Positions 1 through 14,169 of a stretch of DNA of 64,000 nucleotides are shown here, in pieces. The notes under the pieces are model-generated. The model saw only the letters and a list, made by a program, of their open reading frames with translations. It ran no database searches and was not told the DNA's origin. This stretch comes from Chlorokybus atmophyticus (taxonomy: Eukaryota; Plantae; Mesostigma and Chlorokybus algae): NCBI GenBank assembly GCA_009103225.1, contig RHPI01003587.1:186001-250000 (forward strand). The letters are read 5' to 3'. Both the position numbers and the translations under genes were made by a program. The number at the start of each line of letters is the position of its first letter. Within the stretch, counting starts at the first letter, position 1.

Positions 1-945
1 CGCTGCGCATGTTGCTGATGCACCCTGAAGCTGCCGCGCGCTACAGCAGAGGTAGCGGACATTGCATTATGTCATAGTCGTGTCTGCGACGGCATATCGG
101 TCTTTGCCACCAATGCCAGCAATTTTGTGTCAGCAGGGCCAGTGTTGTTGCAAGCGTTGTTGCGGGCGAGCGGGCCACCCGTTATGGCTGCGGCACAGCT
201 GACGGCGTTGCGCGCGCTCGCCAACGCATATAGGCACCGCGCGCTGCGGGACTGGCTGCGGCACAGCAGTGGGCAGGTGAGGGGCAAAGCGGGTCACAGG
301 TCGCAGCCAGCGGAGCATGCCCGGTGCATGGCAGTAACACACGCCTTGTTGGCCAGGTCATTGACGCATATGCGGAGTGTTGCCGGTCGGACAACAAGAA
401 TATCCGTTTGGCGCTGGCCACTGTGCTGCTCAAGTAAGTTCAAACGCGAGCCATGCCTGCAGTTGTCGCATAGTAGCCACTACAGTGTTGACCCATACTG
501 TTTGTCTGGTTGGGCAGTTACGCGGTGCTGGCGAGTGAGGGCATGGATGCAGGCCCAAAGATGCATTGCCTCTCTGCACTCATGCAGGTAAGCCGCTGCT
601 CTTCATGTAGTTGCCTGCCTGGCGGAACATGCAATCATGGAGACACCGTTGTCCTTGTTGCCAGTTGTGCGCGGATGAAGATCCCCAAGTGCTCTTCCGT
701 GCGCTGGCTGGCGCCGGTACACTGGTGAGGAAATGCTATGTATTTGGGCAGTCATTCGATTTCAGCTCTACCATTGTGTTGCTAGGGGTTGACCCAATTT
801 TGACCAGGTGTGTCTCGATCCGAGTTTACGGGACCAAGCCCAGAGCCTCGGGTTGCAAGCAGCGGTGGACAGTGCCAAGACTTCAGCCACGTCCACGGTG
901 GTGGAGTGCGCAAAGGACGTGTCAAGAGCATTGCAACAGACATGA
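1..945 (+). CDS. PLAA: 3' part of phospholipase A2-activating protein / DOA1-UFD3 homologue (PUL domain), multi-exon, 5' end outside window
   Basis: Joining GT-AG exons (donors at 277 and ~434, acceptor ending 356) gives ...AAQLTALRALANAYRHRALRDWLRHSSGQ-VIDAYAECCRSDNKNIRLALATVLLN-YAVLASEG...DPQVLFRALAGAGTL...AKDVSRALQQT*, which resembles the PUL domain C-terminus. TGA at 943-945. Confidence 0.75.
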
Positions 946-1670
946 CAGGCTGTGGGCTTCTCTTCGAACGCTCATTGATAAGCCCACTTCCATTGTTTGT
1001 TTGTTATGTTGTCGCCTTGCGCAATCTTGTGCCATAGAGTGCATCAAAATCATGCACCCAAGCTGGCTGCAACATTTGGCCAGGCATGCAAGTACCAGAT
1101 GTCGTTGCAGACAAAGAATTGAGTTGCAGCATGTGCACACAGTCAACAGCAGACAATCAATAGTCACTGATTATCGAGCACAGCAATGCTGAGGCAAGTC
1201 ACACAGCAAAGCTTGTCGCTCGCAAATGTGGCCCCAATCCGCCCAATTCGAATTCGAACAATTGCATACCAACACATTGGCCAGAATCCTCAAACGCCCG
1301 CACTCTCCTTGGGCCACGAGAGCCAGGGCATAAGTTTCACCTCGCTATGCTTGCGTAGAGGCTTGCAATGACCAAATCTCAGTCACTTACAAACTCCAGA
1401 TGCATCACTGCACTCGAGCAGCCATGCTCTTGAAAGTCCCAACATCCCTGCAGTAAACGCTTGCATCCGGCGAACACGCTGTCCCCCGTTACAAGATTCC
1501 GCAACACCTTATCTTACAGGAAACCACGGCCACTACCAGCATTCTCGATCTCTCTCCTACATACCTTATTTGAACTCTTCTACAACTTTCCAACAGCAGC
1601 AGACAATGCAAGCCATGGCATTGCTTTTATGCACACAAGAGCAAACCACACCCAACCCGTTAAGACAGTA

Positions 1671-2756
1671 TTACCCCTTTCTTGCAAGCTCCTGGACGCC
1701 ACCCTGGAGGTTTTGCGGGTCGGCACCCTGCAGCTGCGCAACCTCCTTGCCCGCCTTGTGAAACTTGAATGTGGGCACTGCCGCGATGTCCAACCTCATC
1801 ACCGTGTTCTTCAGCGGCTCCTGCGCGTGTCATTTACTCAGATTATGGGTGTTTGCTGTGCAGGGAGTAGGCCTGGCTGAAGTCACTGTCAGTTTCTCAT
1901 ACCGCGTCGATGTCTACTTTGAAGAAGGACACGTCCGGAAAGTCTTCACTCAGCTTGTTATATAGTGGCGCGATCTTTTGGCCTGTGCAGGGGAGGTACC
2001 GCTGATACGTGCGTGGTGTGCAAAGCACAGATCACATGCATACATCAGAGGTATGCACTCGGTGGCACTTACATGGTCCGCACCACTTGGCCGTGAAGTC
2101 CACGACCGCAGGCTTGCCTTCATCTGCAACTCAAACACAACATCACGCACGTGCTTAGTCACAATACCAACACGCGCAAATGCAATCTCAACCAAGTGCA
2201 TGCTGCTAGGTGAGGTTTACCGTGAATGGACTTGATGGCCTTGTCGTACTCCTCGTCGGACTTGAGCTCGACGACCCGGCTGCTGCCTGAAGCTGGAGCG
2301 CCTGTGCAACTCAAAAAAAACACTAACCTACCTCACTACAATCACAACCAGTGATAGCATCAGCATGTGGATTGTGATTGGTTTTCGCTCTTTTTGACAA
2401 GAGCCTCGCAACATATAAGCACGACAATTTGGCTCATGTGGCGAAGTGGGCTGGGCTACGACGCTTGCACAACACGCAGGGAGTTTGTTACTACCTATTG
2501 AGAGTTGCGTGTGTAGAGGAACCTTGAAGGATGGCTACATTGCTTGGTGAATGTTGTCGTGATTGATGCATGCAGGAGTGCCATGTGTGCATACATACCG
2601 ACTCAAACGAACAACCAACCACCCCACTTACTCACCCTCCGCTAGTCGTCGCACGAGCAGCGGTGTGGCCTGCGGCGGACGCACATTATTCCTCGCTGCC
2701 GGCAGCTGCTTCGCCAGCGACGTCAGCAACATTCCGCCGCCACGACGCCAAGCCAT
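1671..2756 (-). CDS. TRXo: Thioredoxin, o-type (mitochondrial), 5 exons
   Basis: Spliced translation: MAWRRGGGMLLTSLAKQLPAARNNVRPPQATPLLVRRLAEG (transit-peptide-like), SRVVELKSDEEYDKAIKSIH, DEGKPAVVDFTAKWCGPC (active site split by an intron), QKIAPLYNKLSEDFPDVSFFKVDIDA, EPLKNTVMRLDIAAVPTFKFHKAGKEVAQLQGAD...ARKG*. Canonical GT-AG junctions; ATG at 2756, TAA at 1671. Confidence 0.92.
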
Positions 2757-5700
2757 CCCTGCGCCACCCCGCGCTCAACCAAAACACAACCATGATTTAA
2801 ACAACGCACGCACAACAACAACAGCTTGGACACGTTGGGTACAGGGCTGAGGGGGTTTCAAACATCTCGACACACGCACGCACACACACACATACACACG
2901 CACACACACCTCGCTTGCCCCGCCTGTGTGCACAAGTATGTGGTAGTGAGGAGTAGCCAAGAAGCACTTGTGTGCGGCATGGTAGGGTTAAGAGCTGGGT
3001 GGGATCAGGTACGTTACAGGGCATATGCATCATGCTCGTGTTTGTGTGAATGTGTGTGCTTGGTAGGCAATGGGTGCCGTTGCTTGGTTGGCACATGTGG
3101 CACTCGCTCATGTGTGCAATGTTGATTGCTTATGGTGTGACACACATGCGAATAATTGCACACATGGGCACAACCGGTTGCAAATGTGTGTCTTGTCTTG
3201 TCTTTTGCGTACACACTCTTCAGCGGGTCGAAGTGATAGGAAATGGGTGCTGTTGTGCACGCGCATGAGAGTGCAACCTCGACAAGCAAGGCTGCGTTGA
3301 CACAACTACCGTAGAGACATGTACACTACAACCTAAGTATAATTATCACATGCCTTAGGTTGTAATTTTCATAAGGTACTATAAGCCTTGTTGACTGTAA
3401 TATCAGTGTATTAATATTTATGGTCATCATAACGAAAGGTTGAAATTAAAAACAACTTAAAAGTGAGTGCGGGTTGTAATGTACGTGTCCATTAGATATA
3501 CAGCCAGCGTCGTAATTTCAACCTTGGTCTAGCCAAGGTTGAAACCACCAGATTAACACCGTGCGACCGTGTAACATTGCTCATTGGTTATCTACTTACT
3601 TCGGTACCACGCTACAGCTAGTGGCTACTGGGCCCCATTAAACATGCATGCATGTGCATTAATAGTGAGTATTTGCTCAACGTGCGCACACGCGCAAGCA
3701 GCAGTAATTCGCATGCACAATTTGTATATTGCCATATGTAGCATTCCCGCGATATGTGCGCGCACGTCTGCATGCGTGCCTACGAGTGTGCGTGCGAAAA
3801 ATAAAAAGGATTGGTGGCACTGGCATTGAGAATGCATATGCGAGCACACGTGTCACCCGTGCCACTCGCATGCAATGTTAGCGCCGAGTGCATAGCCAAC
3901 TCACGCATACATCTGCCCGATCAAACCAATCAACCGGCTAACGAACCCATTTAGGCAACAAATATTATCATCGTGCACAATAGCAAATGCATGAACTTCA
4001 GTGAATGACCCACAGCTATTAATCAAATGTAGGCAAGACTCTTGCGGTGCTGCCATCATTGGTAGTAAGCACACTGCACTCTACACTTGTACACATACAT
4101 GTTCCCATGTGGCCCGACTCTTGCATACCATGTCCACAACATGACGTCTTGACCACTATGTAGCAAAAGTAGCTATCATAGGTCGGAGCACATGCCACAC
4201 CAACTTGAAGCCGTACATATGATATTTGCTCCATAACCATATGTGACCATGCCACACGTGTTGTAGGTAATGATAGTATTGCTTGCATACGTGTATATAT
4301 GGTAGGGGTGTGTTGATGCTTTTCAATCTGAGGGGATTCATTCTGTAAACGCTTTTCCTCGCTCGGGTAGAACATGAAGGCTCTACCCGAGCGTTACTCA
4401 TGACCGCAAGTATGGTCATGATTAGTGACCCCATTATACGTGGTGTTTGCGTGAGCAACAATAATCGAATTTACAGCCCGCCTGTTGACATGGTCTTATG
4501 GCACGAGCAGAGGAAATTATCTCGGGGGCAAGTGGCTTTCACCATAAGCACTGATGTTGCTCCCACAACTGCATGAACATGACTACTCAAGGCTCGACTG
4601 TAGTGGCCGGGCGTGACGTCATACATGACATAACGTCATGTCTGTGCGGCCTGCTCAAATGAAAAACAATCAACAGCATCTCAAGCGTTGCTGATTAATC
4701 TACAGCTCATAGCGCTAGCATGCACATAAGAGTCATAACATCCATGACATGAATACAACCATGTAATGGGTGTCATGTGCAGCACAAGTTACTCGTGCTT
4801 ATGATAGGGTTATGATAGGCACAATGTGTAGTGTCGTCAATTTGCAATAGCGTCACGCTGTTGAGGCTCATTGTGCTTGCGCAGTTTGCCGGCAATGATT
4901 CTGCGGTGTGCACCGTGCACAACGGAGACTGCTGTTGAGAATAGCATATGAATATGCACATGCTACTTTGCTCTTGTATCTTGTTATTCTTCTAGCTACA
5001 ACATGCCAACGATGCGGCTTATGTGTAACTCGAAACTGTACAATTGTACGGTTTACATATACTTCATCATGAAGTATATGCCATCAAAAATCAATGATTG
5101 ATTCTTGAAGCCTAGCTAAGCTCCGATTGGAAGCATAGTTAAAACGTTTTTAAATATCTTTGGCCAAAAGTTTGAGCAAACGAAGTGGTAGGCACGAGCT
5201 GCACGCCGGCCTTGCGCTCGCCTTCAAGTTGACGCAACCACTGGCAACGCGGTACTCACCATGGTCACGGACTCACAAGAGATGTCGGATACATAGGTCA
5301 ATTCTGTCATGCCACCTGACAGTTTCCATTAGCTTGGTAGTGTTGGCCCATGGATTGAAGCTAAGGCAACTGCATGATGGTCACAATCGTGCTGCTAGAT
5401 AATCTATGTGCGCGATGCTTATTCTTGCGCAGGGCTTTGATGACATGCGTGTCAATTAAATGCCTTACTAAGTTGTCACAACGGTGAAAGTGATATCTGT
5501 TACAGCCGCTGGCGGTGGTGACAGTGACATGTATCACGGCAACTTGTGGTGCATGTATGTAGAGCGAGTGAACTTCAATCGTAAAAGTTCTTGCCGAGCA
5601 TGCATTTGCTCGTGTGCGTGCTCGTGCATTGCAAATGGTCATAACATCGATGCCCTTAAAAAGCTGCCAATGTGAGCATAAGACGTTGTCGCATGTTGCG

Positions 5701-6659
5701 TCGCACAATGAATCTATCATGATTATTTGTGAGAAATAGCTTGCGCCGCAATTGCTAGGAGTTAACGCCTGGGTACATACATGTACGGCGTGTATGTAGC
5801 CTACCGTAGGCTACACATGCAACATTGTGATCACATGGGGCTAGCGCCCTGTTAATACTGGCACAAGTAGTTTGTGCCAGTACTGACATATTGCAAACGA
5901 ATTAAGCCAGTACTGGCACAGACTGCCATTGGTTATTTATAACTTTTATAACACCTGTAATGGCACAAGTGATGTGCCAACAATGGCATGAGCAGCAGCC
6001 CATGCCAATGCTGGCACAAACCTGGACCATGAATGGTTTAAGCAAAATCATATTAGCAGTATCACATGATGTGCCAATAATAACAATCAAACAATACCTT
6101 TAATGGCCATTAACTTGAAAGGTATTAATTGCTAAACTTGCATATTAACGAAATTGTCCGTATGGTTACCACAGCTGTGCCTAACCGCCGTGTGCGTAGC
6201 CGCCGTGATGGCTGTTGATCGTATAATCATGAAGTCTCATGCCTCACAACACATGCATGTGCGCTGAAGATGTGATGCTGAGTCTTGCTCACGACTTTGA
6301 GACTCTCTTCATTACCACTGTTTTTAAAAATCAATTTGATTTAAGGTAGTAATGAATGGCGTCGAGCATGTTGCGGTTATTATTAATCAATTACGAATCT
6401 CTTCTCATTAATGTTAACGTTACACATCAAGTCTCGGGATGTCTGCATGTACTTGTTTGAAAGAGACAACACGCGTGAGCTAAGCCTGTTGCTGCAATCA
6501 TTGCTCTTGCACCCCAGACTTAGTCAATGCCTGACTTACTTAAAAAGCAAAGACTTGCACCCGCAAGCAATCAAAAAGTGTTTACTTAAGCTTTTTACAT
6601 ATATACTTGCACACGCGTATGTACATGTATAATTGCAACACGCCCCCCCCCCCCCCCCC

Positions 6660-6759
6660 NNNNNNNNNNNNNNNNNNNNNNNNNNNNNNNNNNNNNNNNN
6701 NNNNNNNNNNNNNNNNNNNNNNNNNNNNNNNNNNNNNNNNNNNNNNNNNNNNNNNNNNN
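6660..6759. other. Assembly gap (N run) flanked by poly-C
   Basis: 100 N between C homopolymers. Confidence 0.95.
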
Positions 6760-9131
6760 CCCCCCCCTCTTGCGCACCCACTTACACGTAAACGCACATC
6801 ATATGGCACATGCACGCTTACACGCTTGCGCACGTGTGCACACACAGTGACTCACAAAACCCAAAGACATTTACATGCCGCTCTTTTGCTTAGGCTTCCT
6901 CGTATGCGTGCACGCACGCACGGACGCGGATGTTAGAATCGAATACCGCTACCGCAACAACAACCTCTGCTTGCGTTTCACGTTAAGTTCGCTGCTTGCT
7001 CAAACCTCTGGACTGACTTTGCCACGCTTCTTAATACGTATGTCATTCACGTAACTCAGCAAACGCTATAGGCTGGTGCAACGATAGCGTTGGTTGGGGT
7101 GCCTGTTGCGTTGCATGCTTTTTTGTGGAAACATCGATTGCCATGTTACATTGCTATACCCAACACAGTTAAGGCCCGTCCTGTCAACAAGGACAGCAAC
7201 ATCAATGTGAGGCATATTGCTCATTGCTAAATTATACTTTGGCCATGTTATATGACCCTTAACTAGCGAGAAAGCCTCCGAACACGTTTATACAAGCGAC
7301 CTGTCATGCGGATTTGCGGACAGCCCCGGCTAGCCGACAAGCCACTGTATAGTGCTTACACCAGGCATGCAGAACAAAGTGTCATAACAATGGCAATTGT
7401 TGCATGGAGAGCCTCCCGCGCAGCCCTCCTCTTCAATGACATACCAGTGAATGAACGAACAATACCAGTAGTCCACGCTCACGTAGTTCTGCTGCTGGTG
7501 TGACGGGCGAAGGCGGCGGCAGCGGCGGCGAGCTGGTTGCTGGCTGGGTGCGAGAGTTGAGTTTCATGCGTTGGGCGCAGCAGCGACGTTATCGCTTCCA
7601 GCGCGGGCGCCAGCAACTTTGTTCTTGCGGTGGGGAAGAGACAGCTGGCTGGCCCTCAACCTTGCAGTGACGCAGTGCATGCCCAGCCTGGCCCAATTCA
7701 AGCCATGCCAGGCTACGCCAGCCGCTCCAAGCAAAGTGCTGGCATAAGTTACTTGCCAAGTCTGCAGTGCTTGGCCGCAAGATTTGACTGCGAGCTACGT
7801 CTGTGAGTAACCTCACGCTGTGGCACGTATTGACGTAGCCATTGTGGTGTTTTCAGTGTTGTTTGATAAGCAGCCAGCCTTGCAAGCAAAGTTGCATTGG
7901 AGGAGCCGGCTGAAGTGTCCGCAGGCTAAACGGGAGGGTGGGGGAGGGAGCTGTAGGTGTATAAGGGCAAGAGGCGCCCCCTCCGCCTGAGGGCGAGGAG
8001 GGCGGGGAGGAAGGCGAAGGGACGGGTGAGGCGTGCAAGGTCAGCTCCGGAGGTGAGTTGCTATTGCTGGCATGGCAGAGTGCTTGCGCAGTGTTGTCAT
8101 AGGGCAGGCAGGCCGCACAGCGCCTTCACACTTGCCTTCTGCACCCAGCAACAAATTATAACAGCGATCACGTTCCCGAGCTGTGTGGCAAATTGGACTC
8201 TTTCCACTGCCCTTGCACCTCTGTGTCCTCATCCCAAAAAGTTGCAGTGAGTTTAGCAGCCAGAGGTTGTTGCCTCTCGACGGAGGGGCATGAAGGCTGT
8301 TAGCAGCCACGGAGATTGCGTCTGAGTTGGCATGGCAGCCAGCGTCGCGGGTGTCGTGATGAGCAGCGTTATTGACAACGTCGTCACAGGTGGGACGCTT
8401 TGCATCACCATAAGTACCGCTGGCATTGTGCTTGGGTTTGGCGACCTCGATGTGCGCCTGTACGCAGCGTAGCAATATGCGCTGATTAACCAAGCGCCGG
8501 ACGCCATAGACACAAACATTATAACCATGTTTAAGCACGAGGGGGGCAGACAGTTTGACAATAAAACAACAACAAGCTCAGAAGGACATGAGGAATGACA
8601 TCAGCCAACAAATTATGCAAGCGATCTATCATCAAACCACTGCACTCATAGAGGTGCGGCAAGCAGTTGAAGGCCAGGAGCTGTGAAAAAGGTTTCATAA
8701 TAAGCAAATGCAAGCGAATTGCAATTGCTACCGTGAGTACTTGTATAGCAATATTGTCAGCCAGCGGTCAGCCTGCTATAACAAGCTCATCAGAAACCAG
8801 CCAAGACGTACGTTGCGGCCAACAAATTTGCAAAAGATCGAGGGTACTCGCAGCGCTTTTCATTCAAGGCTGTTTGCGCCATGGTGATGATTGGTGAATC
8901 AACAATCATAGCCGCGTTCGACAATCGTGACATTTCAGACGCGGTTCGGGCAGAGGGCCTGGAGGTGTTGTAATACTGCTAGAAGCGGAGTGTCACGTCC
9001 AAAGAACTGACTTATCATAACACATGATGTCACTCTCAGTTCCTTACTTATGTGGTAAGTAGGAAGGACTAAGTGATTCCGTATAATCATGGTGTGTATA
9101 GCACCTGGCATACGTGCTCATGAAGTCAGTT

Positions 9132-9190
9132 CTTGTGTAGCTGCTGGGCCCTTATGCACTTAATGCATAAGGGCCCAGCAGCTACACAAG
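9132..9190. repeat. Perfect 27-bp inverted repeat with 5-nt loop
   Basis: cttgtgtagctgctgggcccttatgca-cttaa-tgcataagggcccagcagctacacaag. Confidence 0.95.
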
Positions 9191-12100
9191 GCACTGTCAA
9201 CCAGTAAGTACAGGTTTGGTCAGTGTCAATGCATATTGTCGCACAAGCAGCATGTGCTGCCTATGTTTATGTGTCCGAGGGTGGACAAAGTTAGCCTGTG
9301 CTGACAGGTCAGCACATAGGAAGCAAGACCTTGTTGGTCTTGGATTACATGTGTGCCAGGTCGCAGAGCAGCAAGTAGTATAAGGGCGTGACTACCACCT
9401 TGTGGGGCAATGAAATGCTGGCCTTGCGGAGCTATTTGTGTGTGGAGTGCCTGGCTGAAGCTGTTGAAGGGTGCTCTCCCCATCTACTCCTTGTGGGGGT
9501 GCTGCTTGCTGCTTGTTGCAAGATTTGCAATAAGTTGAACTGCTTGTGCAGAAGTTTGTGACCCTCACCAGCAGGTAAGTGAGAGGTCAGCATGACACGG
9601 AGGACTTCGTCACATACGTGCGTTATAGCCAAGCCATGGCTTAATCAGCACGCGTGGCCACTGCGTGCAACAGCGGCATCCACGGCGCTGCCAGGCAATC
9701 ATTCTTGAACTGGCTGCTGCTCGACGTATGTGCGTTGATGTTTGACACGTGTGCTGTGATGGCAGGCATCAGCAGCAGCACATGTGAAGTTAATCATTTG
9801 CAAAGCATGCTTTGTAGCATTGCTTTATCGCCACCGGTAGATGCAAGCACCAATGCGTTTCGCAACTTAGCAGAAGGCATGGACGTGGTTGCCATAGCCA
9901 GCAACATATACAATTGTTCGGCTAGGTAGGACGTATCCAGCAATGGCAAGGTGCTGCGGTTTTCGTGATGCTGCTGCTTCAAACATTGAAGTCGGGGTTG
10001 CCCTCTGCCAAGAGAGTGGCTGCTGCCGCTTTGGAGGGTGAAGCGCAATTTGACGAGGAGCGTCATGCGTTACAACACCCAAAAGCCATGGTTCTATTGC
10101 AAAGGTTTAATGGGGTGCTGCAAGATCAGGGGAGACAATTGATGGACATAGTTGATGTGAAACTAGGGCAAATAAGATTGTTTTTAAGCCAACTAGTTCA
10201 TTTGATTTACACAAAACAAGCTTTGCTGATCAATATTCTAACCGCAATAGCTGTTTTTAAATTGATCAGACCCTCTCTCCGTTGTATTGCGAGTGCGCTA
10301 ATAACCTCATATTTGTAACGACATGATCGTTCAGTTGGGTACCATTTTCCAACCGGAAACGGTTTTAATTAGTTTATGAGTGGCTTGTTTTGGCCAATCT
10401 ACGCATGATGTCACTTAGGCAAGTTCTTTTTAATATCGGCGATTAGCTTTTGACATTTTAAATTGCATTATTAGTCTGAATGAGTGATTTAAACATGCGT
10501 GCTAAGAACAATCATTCCTAATTATATATGGTGTTTATGTGTTTCATTCGCGACTTTTTTGTTTTTCAATGACACATATAGGATATAATGGATTGTTGCA
10601 TATCTCAAACGCATGATGTCTGCTTCTTTCATGCACGAGTTTAACTGATCATTCAACGCAAGACCGAGGTATATCGTAATTACTGTAAGCATGACGTGCA
10701 TCTAATGTTTTTGGTGAAGACCATTATTATACTTACTTGTACTAGTATGTATATGTTTTACTATAGTGTGTATGACAACGGCATGGTTGTACTACCGCCT
10801 TATAATCCTCGCGGTTTTTTGCTAAGCCTACGTGATGGATTTCACTTGGATTGTGTTGGGAAACATTTCCTAACTCGGCGCGCAATGGGCGCTCCAAACA
10901 CGGTGCATCATGAGCCAAAACAAGTTCATAACATGCGACTCGCATGATGAGAGACACGGGATTCGAACACACGACCACTTGGACAAAAGACAGCTCATTG
11001 AGAGCTATACTGATGTGATGACTACGACCACACACCGATGGCATAGTGTGTTGAGAGCTATACGTAGTTAGCCGTCTCCAAGGGGTAGGCAGGCTATTTG
11101 GTCGCGCATTGCTGGGCTACTTCAAATAGCGTAGTAAATAGCCCGCCATCGACACCGTGCACAAGACCGCAGCGCGCGACCCGGGAATCCGGAGGCAAGA
11201 CGTGGCCACAAGAAAAGCTTGATAGGGTAATTGTTTCTAATATCGTGCAAACAAGACGCCATCGACGATAACTTGTTGATTCATTGGTTTTTTGGCGGTC
11301 ATGTATACGACAATATTGTTGTACCGGATGTAGCTACACGCCCGTCATTTTTCAACATCTTTCTAACACCTATAGCATCAGATATGACGCTGCAAAGTAT
11401 ACCTACGTAGGGTGTGTGTGAGGGGTTGGCAAAAATGGCTTGTTCCCTAATTTTGGCCGAGTGCCAACCACTGGTGCCAACCACGAACTTCTGCATAAGT
11501 CTATTACTGTGCGTGAAAGTTTGATTGATTGAAGTTGTATCTACTCATACATAACCCGTTGCAAAAGACCGCATGACAAACAAGTAAGTAAGTAGAAACT
11601 TATATCCAACAGGGCTATAGAAGATGTTTTTCCCAAATATGGCGCTTTCAGAGAGCCATTAGAAATTATGTAGGCAGCGCATTACTGCGCCAAAACGCGC
11701 AGTTTAAAGTTCAACGCGTCCGTCTAAGCGCGCTCTACAAGCTGACAACTTCCTGGCGCCATCCACACTCTCTCTCTCTCGGATGACGGAGATATCAACG
11801 AAAAACCAACTGTGGCCGAAATAAGGGTACACGCCAAAAATAGGAACATTTACCCTATACACAAAACCGCAGCCTCGCTGCATGCGCTTGCAACGTACCG
11901 TAGTAATCATTGCACGGTTTGCGACGGTGGACGTCGTGGGTTCGAGTCTCTTAAACCACTCATATAAACGACGCAATACGCGCCTCCGTGTTGCAGCCTT
12001 ACAGCGCGCCGAGCTTATTTGAAAAATGTTTCCAACTGTACAAACGTCGACCGACTTAAGCCCGGTTCCCATTGGTGTTAGCGTGCAGTTTGCTGACCCG

Positions 12101-13821
12101 CGGCTCGCTTAACACCAATCGCGCCGCTAACACCGAAACCCATTAGTGGTGTTAGGTACGGCGCTCCAAAACCTCGTACTGCACCGCTTACACTTCTCAA
12201 TGGTAGTGTTAGGGTAAGTGTGGGTTATCCGGGACAGTTTCAACGGACAAGGACAGTGCTAGGTGTGTGATTGATGTTATGGGTTGATTTTTTGTACATG
12301 CCTAATTGGGCGATTGGGCTATCTAATGGCGTTTCAAACTCCGTTTTTGGTGTAGTGCATTGTCAGCACTGACGGGTCAAAGACCCGTGTGTACAGGAAG
12401 TCAAAGACACAGACGGTAGAAATCGGCTTTTTGCAACCCCGGACAGCCTGTTTTGGCTGTGTGTTGGTAAGGCCTGTGAGGTTGATGGCGGCGGGGGTGG
12501 CGGGAAAGTGGGTCGCGGGGTAAGGTTGTTGTTGTGGGCAAGGCAAGGCGGGCGTGGTGCAAGTGTGCATGGGTAGGAGTGGTGTAGGCATGCATGCATG
12601 CATGCAAGTTGTGCGTTTCAGCTTGCTTGCATGTAAAGCTTGCATTGCACTTTATGTACAAGGGTGGTGTTAGCTAGAACGGCTAGGTGTTGAAGGTGTG
12701 TGCATTATGTGCTAGCCACAGGTAGTGTGCATGTTGTCTAGCTGCTGCCTTGTGCATGGCCTGCTGCCTAACCTCCTTTGCTGCCTTCGCAGCGCGCTCT
12801 TGCCTTGCAGCCTCTTCCTTGGCCTTCGCCGCCTCCTCCTTTGCCTGGCGCTTCTCCTCAGCCAGGGCCGCCTTGGCTGCCTTGCCTGACTCGCGCTTTG
12901 CTGCCTTCTCCAGCCTAGCTTGCTCCTACATGGCCTTTTGGTAAGTGAGATATGCTTCCTATTGACTGCTCTGACTGTGCGCTCCTTCTTGGCTGCCTTT
13001 GCAGCTGCCGTACGTGCTGCTTTGGCCTGCAGGTAGCGCACAAGCTCAGGCGAGGTCAGGATGCACGCGCCATTCAGCCCTGTCAAACTCCTCCTCCGGG
13101 ACAACCTTCCTCTGCCTCATGTGCCTCCTCAGCCTCCTCTTCTCTATCACCACCCCCCAACTCTTCCTGCCAAGCACTTTCACCTGCCTCAAGCAAGGCA
13201 CTAGTGAGAGCATCCCCTTGCAACATTGGCTGTGCTGGTGCTTGCTCTGCAATGTCGTCGCGGAGCTTGTGGTCAAGTGCATGCCTGTCTCCTGGCCATA
13301 GTCCTGCATGTGCATGTGTTTGTGTCCGTTCCATGCATGTGTAGCATGCATGTGCAGTGCATGCTTGAAGTTGTGCTCACCGCATGCTTTTAAGCTATTG
13401 GTGATGTTGGCATATGTCATTGCCAACACACCGATTGACGTCAAAGGACCCGTACCTCTGGACCGGGATTTCCTCCTGCTAAATGAAATTAGCGGACCAT
13501 GCATGGTTCAAACCTCACGTGAATGGTCTCATGGTTTTTTGGGGTCGCACCATGTATGGCCCCGTCAGTTTCGATTGCGTGAGGACCAGGTAACGTCCGA
13601 GCAGCGGACCATGATCAAATCATACAATTGTGAAAATTCAATCATTACTGGTCCGGCCAGCGGACCATGAACCTAACATTGATACATTATAATGAGAATT
13701 GAGAGTGAATGCATTAAAAGTGGCTTGATCTTCAGCCGACGGAACCGGCCACACCCGCCTGTTAGCGCACGAGGCCGCGGCGTTTTTAATATAATTATTT
13801 ATATGATTAGCCAAGAACACA

Positions 13822-13894
13822 TGCGCTCAGTGAGAATCAAACCCAGTACCTTTAGTTAGCAAACACGACACCCTAACCACTAAGCTACAAGTGC
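13822..13894 (-). ncRNA. tRNA-like 73-nt sequence (degenerate; Pol III A/B boxes) inside copy A
   Basis: Minus strand GCACTTGTAGCTTAGTGGTTAGGGTGTCGTGTTTGCTAACTAAAGGTACTGGGTTTGATTCTCACTGAGCGCA. A-box TAGCTTAGTGG, degenerate B-box, acceptor stem mostly pairs, anticodon stem does not. Confidence 0.6.
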
Positions 13895-14169
13895 ACGTAC
13901 TGGTAGGGACGGCGAAATAGTTGCATCATCTAGTGCAATGTGCCGACGGCCACTTGGCGACGGTCGATTGATATGCCCATAGGCTTGAGCCCATGCAATG
14001 CATGCTATAAGCATGCATAGGGTGTACCAGTATTACTTTGAGCAAATTCGAAAATGAATGGACAGTCGCAACTCGGCGACTGCCATGGTAATTAAATCAC
14101 AACATTCGGTCAGGGGGGCTCAGCCGGGGGCTGTCAATGACAGCCCATTTTAAGAATTAAATACATTTA

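Noticed and set aside
780-1000. Minus-strand NSDRDTPGQNWV resembling an adenain/Ulp1 protease motif
   Set aside because: It is the shadow frame of the last PLAA exon; the catalytic His is absent and a stop follows.
9226-9483. Possible L1-type endonuclease fragment (HVIQDQQG...)
   Set aside because: Only a few residues resemble it; no other APE motifs or RT nearby.
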